From positions 32,001-96,000 of IMG/VR virus record IMGVR_UViG_3300017909_001085: a stretch of DNA of 64,000 nucleotides, one strand, 5' to 3'. Positions 26,935 to 36,674 of this stretch are shown piece by piece. This stretch comes from a virus. Its lineage: Duplodnaviria > Caudoviricetes. Below the pieces are notes generated by a model. That model had not been told where the DNA came from and did no database searches. It saw only the letters and a program-made list of their open reading frames with translations. Within the stretch, counting starts at the first letter, position 1, and the number at the start of each line of letters is the position of its first letter. Both the position numbers and the translations under genes were made by a program.

Positions 26935-28854
26935 TTATACACCAGTCTCTTCGAAACTGATTCCAGTTCTTGTTGCAACGAATGTTAAAGTGATAAAGTT
27001 GATTGACCTTGCAGGTTTCACAAAGATATCTGCTCTAAATTCATTTGCATCAATTACAGCGGCGGTGTTATTCGTTTCGTCACACACAACTTTGAAATCA
27101 AAGATACCTCTACGACCTTGAATGTCTCTCAAGAAAGGTTCTACAAGATTTCTGAAGTTTGCTCTGGTGAATGTGTCGTTAAATTCAAACAACTGAAACT
27201 TCGCCGCTGTTGCAATTGCTTTCTCAAGAACAATGAACAATCTACGAACATTAATTCTATCGAATGCACTTGGTGCAGTCAGCATAGTTTTATCACCAAA
27301 GAGTGTAATTCCTTGTCCAGGGAATGCTACAACTGGGTTTACTTGACTTCTATAGAGAGTGTCTCTATCTGCTTTGTTCGGTGAGAACGCTACTTTTACT
27401 GCATTCTTAATCTGCCCTCTGTTAAATCCAGCAGGTGAGAAGAATGGATCAGCAACTAAGTCTGTTCTTACACAACATCCAGCAACATCAGCATTGAGTG
27501 GAATCCAACGATATACATCATTGTATCTGTCATACTGATACTTCCAACCACTGTCCATTACTGCAAATGAAGAGTTGATGTTTGCTGAAGCATCTCTAAA
27601 GTCTACAATATCTGTAGCGGCAGTTGTCGCCTGTGCGTCAGCAAGTTCAGGTGACAAGAATACCATACAGTCTTTTCTTATTTCTGCTACGTTATCTACA
27701 ACATACTTAGCAGTTGCTCCATCTGCAGGACCCATAACAATCAGTGAGATATCGTATTTCTCATCATTTGCAAATTCTGCATATGCTGTTTGTCTTTCGC
27801 CTGCTGATACAGCGGCACCATTTGAACCACCTGCTAGTGATACATATTGTGGTTTTCTGCCTGTGTGTGAAAATCCGTTACTTAGAAGACCTGTTGATGA
27901 ATTACCTACATCTGCATCTAAGTCACCATGATGGTCACCCCAATAGATATATGTTGAATACTCGTTAATGTGGTCTTTGTAGAAGTTTATAGTACCATCT
28001 GCTTTTTTCGCATCTGATGCTACTGAAAGATTTGAAAACTTCTCAAGTACTGTGTTTGCTGTACCACTGATATCGCCATCTTCATCGACAACAATAACGT
28101 GAACTTCATCACCTGAACCGCCTCTTGCAGTTGCTTGTGCAGAAGTTCCCGGTGCTGAATCAAATTCAGCATGATAGAACCATTTTACAGTTACATCAAC
28201 TGCTGTGCCACTTCCATCAACTGCAGAGGTTAGACCAGTAGTCTTACCTTTTTCTCTGATAGTTAGTGTGTTTGTTGATATTCCTGTTACTTCGTATTCT
28301 GTTGCATGATTAGCAAATACAATTAAGTCACCAACAGCAATGTTAGTGGCAGCGGTAACTGTAACAGATGTAGCACCTGCAGAGTTATTTGCTGTAGTAT
28401 TAGTTACTGCTGATTGACTGTATGAGTTTGCATTCATACAAAGTGAAATTCTTAATGAATTACCTAATGTACCTGGTGATTTTGCCGCCCAATCGCCAAC
28501 TCCTGCGGCGATTGCACTAGCACCCAATGTGTCATAGTGGTCATCATTTTTAATTTTGAATCCTGAACCGTCTTGTGCCGCATTCAGAAGTCCTGCTTTA
28601 TCTGCTCTAATTACTTGAAGGTTAGAACCATAAGACAAGAAGTTTGCCGCAGAGAAGAAATCTTCATATGTATCAGCATTCGGTTCACCGAAAACGGAAA
28701 CCAATTCATTTTCTGATGATACATTAGTTACTACGTCAACAGGTCCTGTCTGAAAATTACCTGCAAAGGCACCTGGAGAGGTTGCTACTGCTGGCACAAC
28801 CTGTGTCAAGTCCACTTCACGAACTAGAACGCCTGGTGAAATTTGAAATGCCAT
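26935..28854 (-). CDS. g18: Tail sheath protein gp18
   Basis: SPGVLVREVDLT, YQYDRYND, SPAGFNRG, FDRINVRRLF, KPARSINFI. Confidence 0.99.
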   Translation of the reverse strand: MAFQISPGVLVREVDLTQVVPAVATSPGAFAGNFQTGPVDVVTNVSSENELVSVFGEPNADTYEDFFSAANFLSYGSNLQVIRADKAGLLNAAQDGSGFKIKNDDHYDTLGASAIAAGVGDWAAKSPGTLGNSLRISLCMNANSYSQSAVTNTTANNSAGATSVTVTAATNIAVGDLIVFANHATEYEVTGISTNTLTIREKGKTTGLTSAVDGSGTAVDVTVKWFYHAEFDSAPGTSAQATARGGSGDEVHVIVVDEDGDISGTANTVLEKFSNLSVASDAKKADGTINFYKDHINEYSTYIYWGDHHGDLDADVGNSSTGLLSNGFSHTGRKPQYVSLAGGSNGAAVSAGERQTAYAEFANDEKYDISLIVMGPADGATAKYVVDNVAEIRKDCMVFLSPELADAQATTAATDIVDFRDASANINSSFAVMDSGWKYQYDRYNDVYRWIPLNADVAGCCVRTDLVADPFFSPAGFNRGQIKNAVKVAFSPNKADRDTLYRSQVNPVVAFPGQGITLFGDKTMLTAPSAFDRINVRRLFIVLEKAIATAAKFQLFEFNDTFTRANFRNLVEPFLRDIQGRRGIFDFKVVCDETNNTAAVIDANEFRADIFVKPARSINFITLTFVATRTGISFEETGV

Positions 28855-28905
28855 TTTATTTACTCCCGTATTTTTAATTCAAAGGTCTTAGTCATTTACA
28901 TTGAA

Positions 28906-28913
28906 TATTTATA
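28906..28913 (-). promoter_or_regulatory. T4-type late promoter (g18)
   Basis: Intergenic TATAAATA. Confidence 0.85.
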
Positions 28914-28916
28914 AGT

Positions 28917-30539
28917 TTACCAACTTCTGTCTTCTACTACGACCCATCTGTCACCATCTGCATCAGTGAAGGATTCGACATCGTTTGTATCCCCACTAAT
29001 AAATCCAAATGGTAATAATTCATCTTCTATTGCTTGCATTTTTTCTTTATAAAGTTTCTCTCGTATGTCATTTTCTGTTAATTCTTTGAAATACGGTTGT
29101 CCACTTAACCATGCAAACATCACCAAGCACATTGCTAAATCATCATGACTACCTTCTTCTGCTTCGTAAGAACCTTTTCTTGCTACAAAAGTAGATAGTT
29201 CGTTGATAATATCGAAATCTTGAATTATCAACTTGTTCTCTTCTATGAGATTTTTTAGATTACTACAACCCAATCTTTTCAGTTGACCTGTAGTTCTAGC
29301 ACCTAGTGTGGTGCCACCACCAAAACCTCCTCCTAAAACTTGTCCTGCTCTACCTTTCCATGTGGTAGACAATAAGTTTTCATATTCTATCTCACTATTT
29401 AGAATATCGGCGACTTGTTGACCTATGTCGTTTATCTCAACAAGTATGTATGCATCATTATAATGAGATGCCATACGATTAATTATTGTAGGATACATCA
29501 AAGGTGATATATCATTAGAGCGATACTTACATACAACTTTGAAAGGCATCTTTGTAACATCTAATATCACAAATGCGCTGTAGTCGATTCCTACGCCCCT
29601 TGAGACATCAACTGTGCAGACATATGTTCTACCTTCTTGTGCTTTCTCAAATACTGTTACACCCTCTTTATCATATTCAGGATGTTTATATGCCATATTA
29701 CGCAAAGCATTAGGATTAATAAGTGTATTGCTTGACCCTAAGAACTGACATTCAAACTCTTGTTGCCACTGTTCTTGTGATGTGTTCTTAATAGTCTCTT
29801 CTTTGAAACGTATACCTCGTCCCGGTATATCATTCCATTCAACTTCTATTGTAGCATAGTTGCTTCTCTTTTCTTCTGCATCTACCCACATTTTATAAAA
29901 GTGGTTCATACCATTAGGTGTTGATACTACCATAACTTTTGTATTTTTACCAGAAGTGATAGTAGGATATACTGACCTAAAAAAGTCTTCTGCTAGATTA
30001 AATGGAACGAATGCAAATTCATCTAGAAAAACTAAGTTATAAGAACCACCTCTAACTGCACTAGATGATGTTGATGATGCGATAATTTTACTATCATTCT
30101 CTAGTACAATAGAACCTTTGTTCCATTCTTTAATACCTTGTTGCAACCAAGGTGGCAATGCTTCGTAAGACATATGTATTTTTGCAAGCAAGTCTCTAGC
30201 AAGTGCGCCTTTGTTTGCAAGAATAGCACAGTTCACTGTAGGGTTGAACAATGCATACCATAGAATGTATGAACAAACTGTAGTTGACTTACCTGACTGT
30301 CTAGGTATTTTACATATAGAAAACCTGTTCTTGTGAAACGTCTTGACCATCTTCTTTTGAAATGGATACATCTCAAATGGCACAAAACCTTCATCAAGAT
30401 TAATAATCTTAACATACTTTTCGATGAAGTATGATGGGTCTTTAGAACACTTTACATACTCTTCGATTTGCTCTGCAGTGAACTCTTGCTGAACATTAGT
30501 CTTTTTAAGATTAGGGTTTCCTAAATAATTATCACTCAT
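28917..30539 (-). CDS. g17: Terminase large subunit gp17
   Basis: YLGNPNLK, PRQSGKST, FLDEFAF, STPNG, DVSRG, HDDLAM. Confidence 0.99.
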   Translation of the reverse strand: MSDNYLGNPNLKKTNVQQEFTAEQIEEYVKCSKDPSYFIEKYVKIINLDEGFVPFEMYPFQKKMVKTFHKNRFSICKIPRQSGKSTTVCSYILWYALFNPTVNCAILANKGALARDLLAKIHMSYEALPPWLQQGIKEWNKGSIVLENDSKIIASSTSSSAVRGGSYNLVFLDEFAFVPFNLAEDFFRSVYPTITSGKNTKVMVVSTPNGMNHFYKMWVDAEEKRSNYATIEVEWNDIPGRGIRFKEETIKNTSQEQWQQEFECQFLGSSNTLINPNALRNMAYKHPEYDKEGVTVFEKAQEGRTYVCTVDVSRGVGIDYSAFVILDVTKMPFKVVCKYRSNDISPLMYPTIINRMASHYNDAYILVEINDIGQQVADILNSEIEYENLLSTTWKGRAGQVLGGGFGGGTTLGARTTGQLKRLGCSNLKNLIEENKLIIQDFDIINELSTFVARKGSYEAEEGSHDDLAMCLVMFAWLSGQPYFKELTENDIREKLYKEKMQAIEDELLPFGFISGDTNDVESFTDADGDRWVVVEDRSW

Positions 30540-30789
30540 TTACAATTTTCTGTAATACTACTTCAAACTGGTCAATCTTTAATGTACGATTAGGCCAGTA
30601 GATGTAATCTTTCTCTGGGTTTGCTTTTAAGTTATTAAGTAAAGGTGTTACTGCTTCATGTAACTTTTTTACTTTTGCTTGTAGTTTAGTCACTTCTTCT
30701 GATGTAGATGATGCAGTCTGTGCTAGTTGTTGTACTGCTTCTAATTCATTCTCATCAACAGCGGTGAAACCAAAATCAAAATCACTCAT
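30532..30789 (-). CDS. Conserved hypothetical protein between g16 and g17
   Basis: DFDFGFTAVDE...PLLNNLKANPEKDYIYWPNR; overlaps both neighbours. Confidence 0.75.
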   Translation of the reverse strand: MSDFDFGFTAVDENELEAVQQLAQTASSTSEEVTKLQAKVKKLHEAVTPLLNNLKANPEKDYIYWPNRTLKIDQFEVVLQKIVNE

Positions 30790-31207
30790 GGTCGATTACC
30801 TTTTCTTCTTTCTCACCTTTAATCAACTTTTGTAATTCTGCAGTTGAACCAACGAACAATGCGTTTGTTACGTTTTGAGGTGCTTTTTCGTCTACTTTAT
30901 TTAACTCTTTCATATTCTTCTGCAATCTCATCAAATCTTGAGTTACATCACTAACTGTTTTAATTAATTGACCTGCTACTTCATATGAACGAGGATTTTC
31001 TGCTTCTCTTGCTAATTGAAGAATACCTTCGATTGCTGTATTACCTTTCTCAATAAGCATATGAAAGTTTTGTCTAGCAATCTCATAGTCTGCATCTGCA
31101 TCTGCTTTGTTAGGGTCAGGTGCTGGTAAATGGTCAGATGGTGTTACTGAAGTAGGCAACTGTTCTGCTATATCAAACACTCGATTTAATTTATCATCTA
31201 TACCCAT
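30782..31207 (-). CDS. g16: Terminase small subunit gp16
   Basis: DYEIARQN, PRSYEVAGQLIK, NALFVGSTAELQK. Confidence 0.95.
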   Translation of the reverse strand: MGIDDKLNRVFDIAEQLPTSVTPSDHLPAPDPNKADADADYEIARQNFHMLIEKGNTAIEGILQLAREAENPRSYEVAGQLIKTVSDVTQDLMRLQKNMKELNKVDEKAPQNVTNALFVGSTAELQKLIKGEKEEKVIDHE

Positions 31208-31214
31208 ATCACAC

Positions 31215-31586
31215 CTACAATTGTGTGAAACCGCTTACCTTTTTCAAAGTAATCGTCACAGTTCCATCTTCAATGAACACTCGTAAATCTTTGTCTGGTT
31301 CTGCAGATAAACCAAGTTGTCCTGTATTAATAATTGAACCTACTCCTGCACCAGTAAAAGTAAACACTGGTGTTAGATTTGGTTCAGTTACACGAAAAAT
31401 TTGTAAATCGCCTACATTATTATCATAATCAATTTGCAGAATGATACACTCAACATTTGTTGCAGTTTCATCTCTACCAAGTGTATCTACATCTATATCA
31501 AAGTCAATCGAACCTGGAGTAAAATCTCCTGATACTGCGAATGTTGCTCTTGTGTCTGTTGTGTTTAGAATTGTTTTAGTTGCCAT
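31215..31586 (-). CDS. Probable virion structural protein (paralog of 21841..22197)
   Basis: Similar length and pattern to the 118-aa protein; translationally coupled to g15. Confidence 0.65.
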   Translation of the reverse strand: MATKTILNTTDTRATFAVSGDFTPGSIDFDIDVDTLGRDETATNVECIILQIDYDNNVGDLQIFRVTEPNLTPVFTFTGAGVGSIINTGQLGLSAEPDKDLRVFIEDGTVTITLKKVSGFTQL

Positions 31587-32368
31587 TATGTATTCCCCGG
31601 AAAGTCAGTCCACACTTCTGTGAATCCAAAATCATCATTTGCATCTGCTGAAGTAGGATCAGGTGTAGTTGTTAATCTTGATGTAGGTCCTGTTGATGTA
31701 CCAATTGTCAATGCATTATTTTCTAAGAATGCATCTGCTTGCACCGTCTTGATAATACCTTGCTCCTTCACTGGTCCATAAAAATTCATTTTAACTGTAA
31801 ACGTCATAGTATATATGATACTTCTACGAGTGGCAAAATCACCCTCATAATCATCCTCATATGTTAGACCTTCTAATATCAGAGGAAAGTCATCTTTGAT
31901 ACCCATCTCTGGAACTGCGTTTATAGTTAGTGTATATGCTGGTGTAAAAAACGGCAATATTTGTTCAACTATTTGTAGTGCATCTTCTTGATTTTTCGCC
32001 ATGATAAAAAGACTAAAATTGAGATTATATGGTACAGATTGAAATTGTCTTTTAATTTCTGTGCTTGTAGCACCAACAGTCTTACGCACATTCATCTTAT
32101 TGACTTTACGCTGACCATCATACTGAAATCCAGATATCTCAAAACCCATTCTTGGTAGAGTGAGTTGATTTATATTTGTAAGATTAGGGTTCTCATAAAG
32201 TCTAGCAAGAAACTTTTGCTTAGGACCATACGCAAGAGGTACTTTCAAAGATTGTATTGCTGTACCTGTACCATCTTTTCTTCTTACATGAATATCGTTA
32301 AAAACGCTACCAAACGCAATAACACTTCTTCTAATTGTTTCGTGATAAAAGTGATTTTGTCCTAACAT
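31586..32368 (-). CDS. g15: Tail sheath stabiliser gp15
   Basis: FYHETIRR, VPLAYGPKQKF, LPRMGFE, QIVEQILPFFTP. Confidence 0.97.
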   Translation of the reverse strand: MLGQNHFYHETIRRSVIAFGSVFNDIHVRRKDGTGTAIQSLKVPLAYGPKQKFLARLYENPNLTNINQLTLPRMGFEISGFQYDGQRKVNKMNVRKTVGATSTEIKRQFQSVPYNLNFSLFIMAKNQEDALQIVEQILPFFTPAYTLTINAVPEMGIKDDFPLILEGLTYEDDYEGDFATRRSIIYTMTFTVKMNFYGPVKEQGIIKTVQADAFLENNALTIGTSTGPTSRLTTTPDPTSADANDDFGFTEVWTDFPGNT

Positions 32369-33150
32369 TATCTCTGTACCTCACCAAATGGATTGCCTTC
32401 ACTGAAATCTATAATATCATCAGCATTTAGACCAAAGTCAAAGTTTCTCGCAAGAGGTTCTGCGCTTTGTGTAATAGTTGTTGGAGTTGTAGTTGTTGAT
32501 AACTTATAGTCTTCTTTGATTAGTTTGAATCCGTTTTCAAGCAATAATGAACCTGAATTATCTTCAAGTGTGAGTTCATAGTTAAACATATCTGTTGAAC
32601 GTGAAGTTTCAAGTGCATCAACTGCAGTAATACCTGTACTGAGTTTTTCTTGACTGTATACAAATCTTTCAACATCTAATCTATATGTGTATATGTTGTT
32701 TGCTTGATAGAATATATTTTCATGCTCAACAAACGTAATTTCGAATAAACCTTTTGTTAGAGGAAAGTAAATTAAATCACCTTCGTTTGGTCTACCTTCA
32801 ACAATCAATGATGCGTTATCATCAACTGCAGACGACCAACGAGATTTTACTACAACAAAACTTGCTCTGTCTCGTATCTCAACACCAAACTTAGATAAGA
32901 AATCACCCTCACCCTCAAAACCATCTACGCTTTGAAGATACATCTCAATAGAATGTGATGAGGTGAACTTAGACAATTCATCTTCTTCAAAGATTTTGTC
33001 TACGTTTACAAGAGTTCTAGGAATATAGAAAACATCAAATCCATAAATCTTAATCGCTTCTGTATAAAGATTTTCGATTAGTTGTTGTTCTAAACTAAAA
33101 CCTGTACTATCTAATCCACCGCCTTGGTCGAAAAAAGGGTTAAGTGCCAT
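32368..33150 (-). CDS. g14: Neck protein gp14
   Basis: EAIKIYG, YIPR, SKFGVEIRD, RPNEGDLIYFP, FSEGNPFG. Confidence 0.97.
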   Translation of the reverse strand: MALNPFFDQGGGLDSTGFSLEQQLIENLYTEAIKIYGFDVFYIPRTLVNVDKIFEEDELSKFTSSHSIEMYLQSVDGFEGEGDFLSKFGVEIRDRASFVVVKSRWSSAVDDNASLIVEGRPNEGDLIYFPLTKGLFEITFVEHENIFYQANNIYTYRLDVERFVYSQEKLSTGITAVDALETSRSTDMFNYELTLEDNSGSLLLENGFKLIKEDYKLSTTTTPTTITQSAEPLARNFDFGLNADDIIDFSEGNPFGEVQR

Positions 33151-33154
33151 GTAA

Positions 33155-34099
33155 TCATCCTACCATCATGTTTACTGGTAATTCATATCTCAAAGACATC
33201 TCTTCTTCAATCTTTTGTATTTCTTCTCTTGCTTCTTGTAAAATTCTAGGTCCGTCAAGTGTAACACCACCAGGCATTTGTACTCCAGCAAATTTGCTCA
33301 AGTTTTGTCCCCATTGTTCTTTAAGTAAAGCAGTTAGATATCTTTTTAGAAACATGTCGTTGTACACATCAGCATATGTGCTAGGGTCTAGAATACGATA
33401 CACTTCAAATACAAGATATTCATCTGCTTGTATATCTTCATTCCAGTCCATATCGATGTGAATTCTATCTGAGTGACGATTAAACCTAATAGGTTTTTCT
33501 CCAACCAACATCTCTTCAATTAACGATAAGTGTTTTTGAACCATGCCATAATACATAACTGAAGTATTTGCTAAATCAAATATTTCATTCAGTCTCAACT
33601 GATAACGAACATCAAACATATCTAAGTTTGTTCTATTAGAAAATGGGAATACTTGCACAACACCTATAATATTGTCAGTGATAGTAACGTAACCATTTTT
33701 AATATCTCCTGCTGAGATTGCTGATACTGTTTGTGATGCAGAACTTGCGGAACCTGTGATTGTTTCATTTGCTTGAAAATCACCTAGTTCATTAAATACA
33801 CGAATAGTTGTTGATGTTGGAGCGTCAAAAATCTTTGCAGTAGCACTAGAAGTGCCACCGGTAATCTTCTCACCAACTGTAAATTGTGAGGAGTTTGAAA
33901 CTGTTAATGTTGTCGCAGTTACTTTGTGCTTGAGATATGTTTTCTCTACACCGTCAAAATGATATTCTTGAAAGAACTGTAATGCTTCGTCAGTTCTATC
34001 GTCAATCTGGTCAGTTGATACGTTAATATCAATAACACCTTTACCTAGACGACGGAGAGCATACTCTTGTAACGTGCTTCTGCTTGTTGGGTTCGCCAT
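33155..34099 (-). CDS. g13: Neck protein gp13 (with an internal beta-rich insertion)
   Basis: LRRLG..VIDINV, YHFDG, QWGQNLSKF, PGGVTLDG. Confidence 0.96.
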   Translation of the reverse strand: MANPTSRSTLQEYALRRLGKGVIDINVSTDQIDDRTDEALQFFQEYHFDGVEKTYLKHKVTATTLTVSNSSQFTVGEKITGGTSSATAKIFDAPTSTTIRVFNELGDFQANETITGSASSASQTVSAISAGDIKNGYVTITDNIIGVVQVFPFSNRTNLDMFDVRYQLRLNEIFDLANTSVMYYGMVQKHLSLIEEMLVGEKPIRFNRHSDRIHIDMDWNEDIQADEYLVFEVYRILDPSTYADVYNDMFLKRYLTALLKEQWGQNLSKFAGVQMPGGVTLDGPRILQEAREEIQKIEEEMSLRYELPVNMMVG

Positions 34100-34105
34100 A
34101 AAAAA

Positions 34106-34144
34106 TCTCCAAGGTATCTGTTATTAGTATTTATACCTTGGAGA
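34106..34144 (-). promoter_or_regulatory. Late promoter overlapping a 12-bp inverted repeat that covers the g13 RBS
   Basis: TCTCCAAGGTAT (34106-34117) and ATACCTTGGAGA (34133-34144); TATAAATA at 34128-34135. Confidence 0.75.
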
Positions 34145-34176
34145 AAATAGAGTTTGAAATTATGACTTTTTTATTG

Positions 34177-34572
34177 TTATGCTAGAACACACTCCACTTC
34201 GCCATGCTGTGCGGAGTTTGTGGTCAGTGCCAATGCTTTTACATTTTCAAATGCGGCGGCGTTATCTGTAACTAGCATTCCTTTATATGATGATAGTACT
34301 AGAGTATCACCTTTTGCTACAGTTCCTCTAACTTTTACGATGCATCTACCAGACAAAGCAACATATGGATTATTAGTTCTATCTAAAGAATAGATAACAC
34401 CAATTGCTTTATTGTCTGTTGAACCTGTTGTAACTTCAATTTCATAAGAACCTGTAGTTGCGGCACGAACAAAAGTACCAACAGATAAGAGATTGTTAGG
34501 GTCGACAGTAAATCGTTCTGAAAAGTCTGATACTTCTCTTTGTAGGATTAGTCTTCCGTTTTTAATTGGCAT
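34177..34572 (-). CDS. Tail-fibre-associated small beta protein, resembling the chaperone-associated C-terminal domain of marine phage fibres
   Basis: AIGVI...VALSGRCIVKVRGTVAKGDTLVLS...KAL...GEVE pattern; sits at the end of the fibre operon. Confidence 0.5.
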   Translation of the reverse strand: MPIKNGRLILQREVSDFSERFTVDPNNLLSVGTFVRAATTGSYEIEVTTGSTDNKAIGVIYSLDRTNNPYVALSGRCIVKVRGTVAKGDTLVLSSYKGMLVTDNAAAFENVKALALTTNSAQHGEVECVLA

Positions 34573-34586
34573 ATTCTAATCCTCCC

Positions 34587-35471
34587 TTACCCTGTGCTTT
34601 CTTCTGATGAAGTATCTGTTGAAGAACTCTCTTCTGCTTCTGCGGCGGCATCAAGTTCTGCTTGCTTTGCATCGACATCTGATAGATAGACTTTGTGGTC
34701 CAGAGTGTCTTCAACTGTATTACCTCTAGCATCCATCACTTTAGAAATTCTTTCTTCAAGTGAAAGTTTTGTAGACAATGGTAATGCATCTGCCGCTTCA
34801 AGATGTGGTGAGAATGCAATTTTCTTTGCTTGCTCTTCGTCAATATCTCTAAGAATATCTTCTGGAGAATTAGGATAAATTCTCATATATTCTTCTGATT
34901 GTACCATCCAATGTTTGTTTTCAGGTTTAGGGAAACGCTTCTTAACAGCAAGTCTTCTTGCTTGCAACGCATCAACACCTTCTCTATTACCTTCGATAAT
35001 ATACTCCCACAATGCTCTAGTCATTGCATCTTCTCTTGGATAGTTTGCCGCTCTCAAATCTAGATATGATTGCTGGTCAAGAATATCTTGAACATAAGGG
35101 CGCAACTTTTTTAATTCTGCGAATGTTGGTTTAGGTAGTGGATTATCTTCATCCCATTCTAGTGCTTCAACAGCACCAGGATGTAGTCCACTTGCCGCTA
35201 CTTCCCATTCTGCTCCTGGTACTGTATTAAGTGACCATTCGCAAGTTGGATAAAGAATACCCAAAATAACTGAGAGATTATCTGCTCTACGAATTCTAGA
35301 ATGATACTCTGTAAGAATTGCTTGTTCTTCATCAGTTGCAACCAATCCCAAAGCACCTTTTTCCATAATCGCTTCGATTTCATCTCTAGTAGGAGGACCT
35401 TTTCTAATCAGTTCGTCTACTGATTGCGGTCCAGCAGTTTTTTTAACTGCGGTTACTAAATCGTCTGCCAT
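34587..35471 (-). CDS. Putative tail-fibre assembly chaperone
   Basis: LEWDEDNPLPKPT..EL, YLDLRAANYP, VKKRFPKP pattern typical of fibre-adjacent proteins. ATG at 35471 with an AGGAG RBS. Confidence 0.55.
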   Translation of the reverse strand: MADDLVTAVKKTAGPQSVDELIRKGPPTRDEIEAIMEKGALGLVATDEEQAILTEYHSRIRRADNLSVILGILYPTCEWSLNTVPGAEWEVAASGLHPGAVEALEWDEDNPLPKPTFAELKKLRPYVQDILDQQSYLDLRAANYPREDAMTRALWEYIIEGNREGVDALQARRLAVKKRFPKPENKHWMVQSEEYMRIYPNSPEDILRDIDEEQAKKIAFSPHLEAADALPLSTKLSLEERISKVMDARGNTVEDTLDHKVYLSDVDAKQAELDAAAEAEESSSTDTSSEESTG

Positions 35472-35509
35472 TTTCAAACTCCTGTTAAAATTCTGTTAGA
35501 TAACATCTA

Positions 35510-35527
35510 TATTTATATCTATTTATA
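35510..35527 (-). promoter_or_regulatory. Two tandem late promoters
   Basis: TATAAATA at 35510-35517 and 35520-35527, 10 nt apart. Confidence 0.75.
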
Positions 35528-35528
35528 A

Positions 35529-36095
35529 TTAAACACCATCAAACTCTACTGAACCTGATTGTACTCCATATTCTGATAAAGCAATTTCTTTACAAATCAT
35601 GTAAAAATCATTTACTACAAAATCTCTATCATTGTTGTCGTTCTTAACTCTTACATCAAATGTTACTTTATTTGTTGATTGAGGTATAAAAGCATGATTG
35701 AGACCAACTGCACTTCTCATGTTTCTAGAGTGACCCAATCTTCTTGTCGGTGCAAGTCTGTCGTTTCTACCACCAGTATGTGAATATTCATTACCATATG
35801 GATGTAATCCGTTATATCCAGATTGTACATATTCTAGAATTCCGTTTGCATATAATGCCGCAGAGTATCTATCACTTGAGTTATCTGTACTACTACTGTC
35901 GCCTATTGTAAAGGATGCATTTGTTTCTAGAACACTATTTGGATATTGAGGAGTGATATCTAAAGTCTTATTACCAACAATAGCATATGAATTTGAAGTT
36001 GAACTATGAGTCCACGCACCTTCATTCTCAACAAATTTATATTGAATTAAAAGTGAACCTTTTACCGCTCTTTTTGTAATTTTTTGTAACGCCAT
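35529..36095 (-). CDS. Tail-fibre tip / receptor-binding-like protein, paralog 5
   Basis: MALQKITK, ITPQY, SHTGGRNDR insert. Confidence 0.6.
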   Translation of the reverse strand: MALQKITKRAVKGSLLIQYKFVENEGAWTHSSTSNSYAIVGNKTLDITPQYPNSVLETNASFTIGDSSSTDNSSDRYSAALYANGILEYVQSGYNGLHPYGNEYSHTGGRNDRLAPTRRLGHSRNMRSAVGLNHAFIPQSTNKVTFDVRVKNDNNDRDFVVNDFYMICKEIALSEYGVQSGSVEFDGV

Positions 36096-36119
36096 GATAA
36101 CCCTCGTAGAAAACTTATT

Positions 36120-36662
36120 CTACTGGCCACCAGAAGATGCTAAACCAATAGAAATTTCCTTTGCTAAGAAGAAGAAATCACGAATTCGAATATTTCTTGT
36201 TGTACTGTTCTTCACACGAACATCCATATCTAATTGATTTGTAGATGCTGGTGTATATGCATGACTAAGACCCATAGCGGCAGTGAAATTTCTAACATGA
36301 CCATGTCTTCTTGTTGGTGCTGTTCTATCGTTTCTACCACCTGTGTGTGAATGTTGGTTTCCGTATGGACCTACACCACGAACATCTGACTGTTCGTACT
36401 CATTTGTCCCATTAACAAATAATGCCGCAGAAAATACATCACCAATATTATCAGAATTACTAATATCTCTAGATGTCATACTTGCTTGGTTCTCAATAAT
36501 CGAATCCGCATATTGAGGTGTCATAAGAATATTCTTGCCGTTAATTTCTGTATATGTAGTTTGTGATGTAGTTAAATCAAAGTCTCCAGCATTTTCAGTA
36601 TACTTAAACTGGACTAAGAGTGATCCATGTACAATGTGTTTTGTTACTCTAGTTAGTGCCAT
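36120..36662 (-). CDS. Tail-fibre tip / receptor-binding-like protein, paralog 4
   Basis: MALTRVTKHIVHG, MTPQYADS, HSHTGGRNDR insert. Confidence 0.6.
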   Translation of the reverse strand: MALTRVTKHIVHGSLLVQFKYTENAGDFDLTTSQTTYTEINGKNILMTPQYADSIIENQASMTSRDISNSDNIGDVFSAALFVNGTNEYEQSDVRGVGPYGNQHSHTGGRNDRTAPTRRHGHVRNFTAAMGLSHAYTPASTNQLDMDVRVKNSTTRNIRIRDFFFLAKEISIGLASSGGQ

Positions 36663-36674
36663 TTTTTTCCTCTC

